This document shows, one piece after another, positions 62,521 to 64,000 of a DNA stretch of 64,000 bases. Position 1 is the first letter of the stretch. Each line of letters starts with the position of its first letter. The notes beneath the pieces were generated by a model, which saw nothing but the letters and a program-made list of their open reading frames with translations, searched no databases and was not told where the DNA came from. The position numbers and the translations under genes are program-made. This DNA is from Eledone cirrhosa (Eukaryota), in the NCBI GenBank assembly GCA_964016885.1, contig OZ024742.1:234856001-234920000 (forward strand), in the 5' to 3' direction.

Positions 62521-63484
62521 CTATCAGCAGGACCCAACGTTGCACGGGGTAGGAAACGTGAAATAGCAACGCGCATACGCAAAGATTGAGGAATATAGCT
62601 GTGTACCTTTTGAATTCCCTTATTCTCAGGGAATGATTGAGGAACGACGTAGTCAATTGTGTGAAAACCAAGTAAGAATGGACATTTAAGTAGGGATATT
62701 GAATTGACGAAATCAGCATGGCAACGCAGCTGCAGCAGAAGGGGGTCATAGTGCACAAACGCTGGGCGGCACTGGTTGCACTGCGTTTACACAGCAACAA
62801 AGACGCGACAAAAGGGGTCACCGCGGAATTAGCACAACCGCTTTTCGGCATACTTGCGCAGGGCGTTCAAACTGCGGTGTAGGTGCAACAAAAGGGGTCT
62901 TACTAGAAGTAGCACAGATGTGAGTTTTTGGTGTCAATAGCACGGCAACGTACACATGGCCCGGATTTGCGCGTGATAAAAACACAAAGCGTCAACAAGG
63001 CGTCGACAAAAATTTTAAGGCCCTCCTCATTTCCTCAATCCCCCGAAAATGGTCCTGCTTAAAAGTAAGTAAGCGTTGTGTCCTCTGTTAAATAAACCAA
63101 ATTTTTAACGAAATATACGCTACTTACGATGTTTAATGAAAATGACATGTAATGCCCAATGGTAATTCGTAAATTTCCTAGAAAAGCATTAATGGAATCG
63201 TAATTTTTTTTGTCCACAACAATGCGAGGGGACTAACTAATATGTGCTGCAAATTTCGAGGAAATCGGCTGGATTATCTTTAAGTTACGCCTCATAAAAG
63301 CCTAACAATGCCTTTAAAATGCGGTTTTTCGCCTAATGCGGACGCTAGGGCAGAAAAAAATTAAATTTGTTTAGCCCATTGCACTTCAAGAAACGCATGT
63401 GTAAAGTTTGAAAAAATCGGTCAGGTACTTCTCGAGTTTTGGGGATTTACACAGACAGACAGACATCCTCTGTTTTATATATAT
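62521..63484 (-). mobile_element. Non-autonomous Helitron
   Basis: 5' module (GAGGATGTCTG..AAAACTCGAGAAGTACC) shared with 16291. 3' hairpin ACCCCGTGCAACGTTGGGT followed by ATAG|T. Confidence 0.72.
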
Positions 63485-63489
63485 TTATA

Positions 63490-63808
63490 CTAGCAGAATG
63501 GCCCGGCGTTGCTCGGGATTCTAAATATAGATTGGCATGTTTATCCCTCCTTTCTGAAACTACAGAGAAGTACGAGATACCTCGGCCTGGGGATGGTGTC
63601 TACATTTTGTGCTTATGAAAAAAATTTGTCGTAGATTACCAGGGGTTTAACTTAATTGGGTGCCTGAGAGTAAAATGTTCAACCCACGAAAGCCAAGACA
63701 ATAGGGTTATATAAAAAGGCATTCGACAAACCGAACATGTATTTGTTGTGCTATGGTACAATGAGAGCAATAGTTACAGAGCAGTAAGCATTAGATATAT
63801 AGATATAG
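63490..63808 (-). mobile_element. Short Helitron-like element; another probable Helitron 5' end starts at ~63822 (+)
   Basis: CCCGAGCAACGCCGGG hairpin plus CTAG|T at 63490, and TCTATAT starts. Confidence 0.62.
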
Positions 63809-64000
63809 AGATATATATCTATCTATATAATAAATACTAAAAGTCTTGATTGCTTGCTTGTCTGTAATGTAATACAGCCAAAAGGGTGCATAATGGGAAA
63901 ATACTTTGAAAGGAAGCTGCCCCTGAAATGGGAATACAAATGGAATAAAACAAGTTTCGCGTAAATCGGACCACGGATTCCCAAGATATGGGGTTTTTCC

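Overview
Eukaryotic, AT-rich, repeat-dominated DNA; the SINE and RTE families suggest an octopod cephalopod (inference). One host gene is recognisable: a minus-strand vasculin-family gene (GPBP1/GPBP1L1-like) with coding exons at 7657-7728 (MATSNVPRHDFAPSWLKIP...) and 3564-3735. It has a probable 5'UTR exon about 29 kb upstream (37192-37400) inside a CpG-retaining promoter-like zone, and it continues off the left edge. The rest is mobile DNA: RTE LINEs (one 1006-aa APE+RT ORF with an internal PHD finger), tRNA-derived SINEs, Helitrons, CRE-, HERO- and CR1-type fragments, a Gypsy-like remnant, MITEs and Penelope-like elements (PLEs). Most notable: several minimal hammerhead ribozyme motifs, including a tandem pair with compensatory base changes on the sense strand of the host intron; a U_UUU_UUA slippery site joining the upstream ORF and the RT ORF of a Neptune-type PLE; a twin-priming-type inverted RTE with a 13-bp TSD; and a uORF whose stop overlaps the host start codon (TGATG). 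Everything was read by eye, and boundaries of decayed repeats are approximate.
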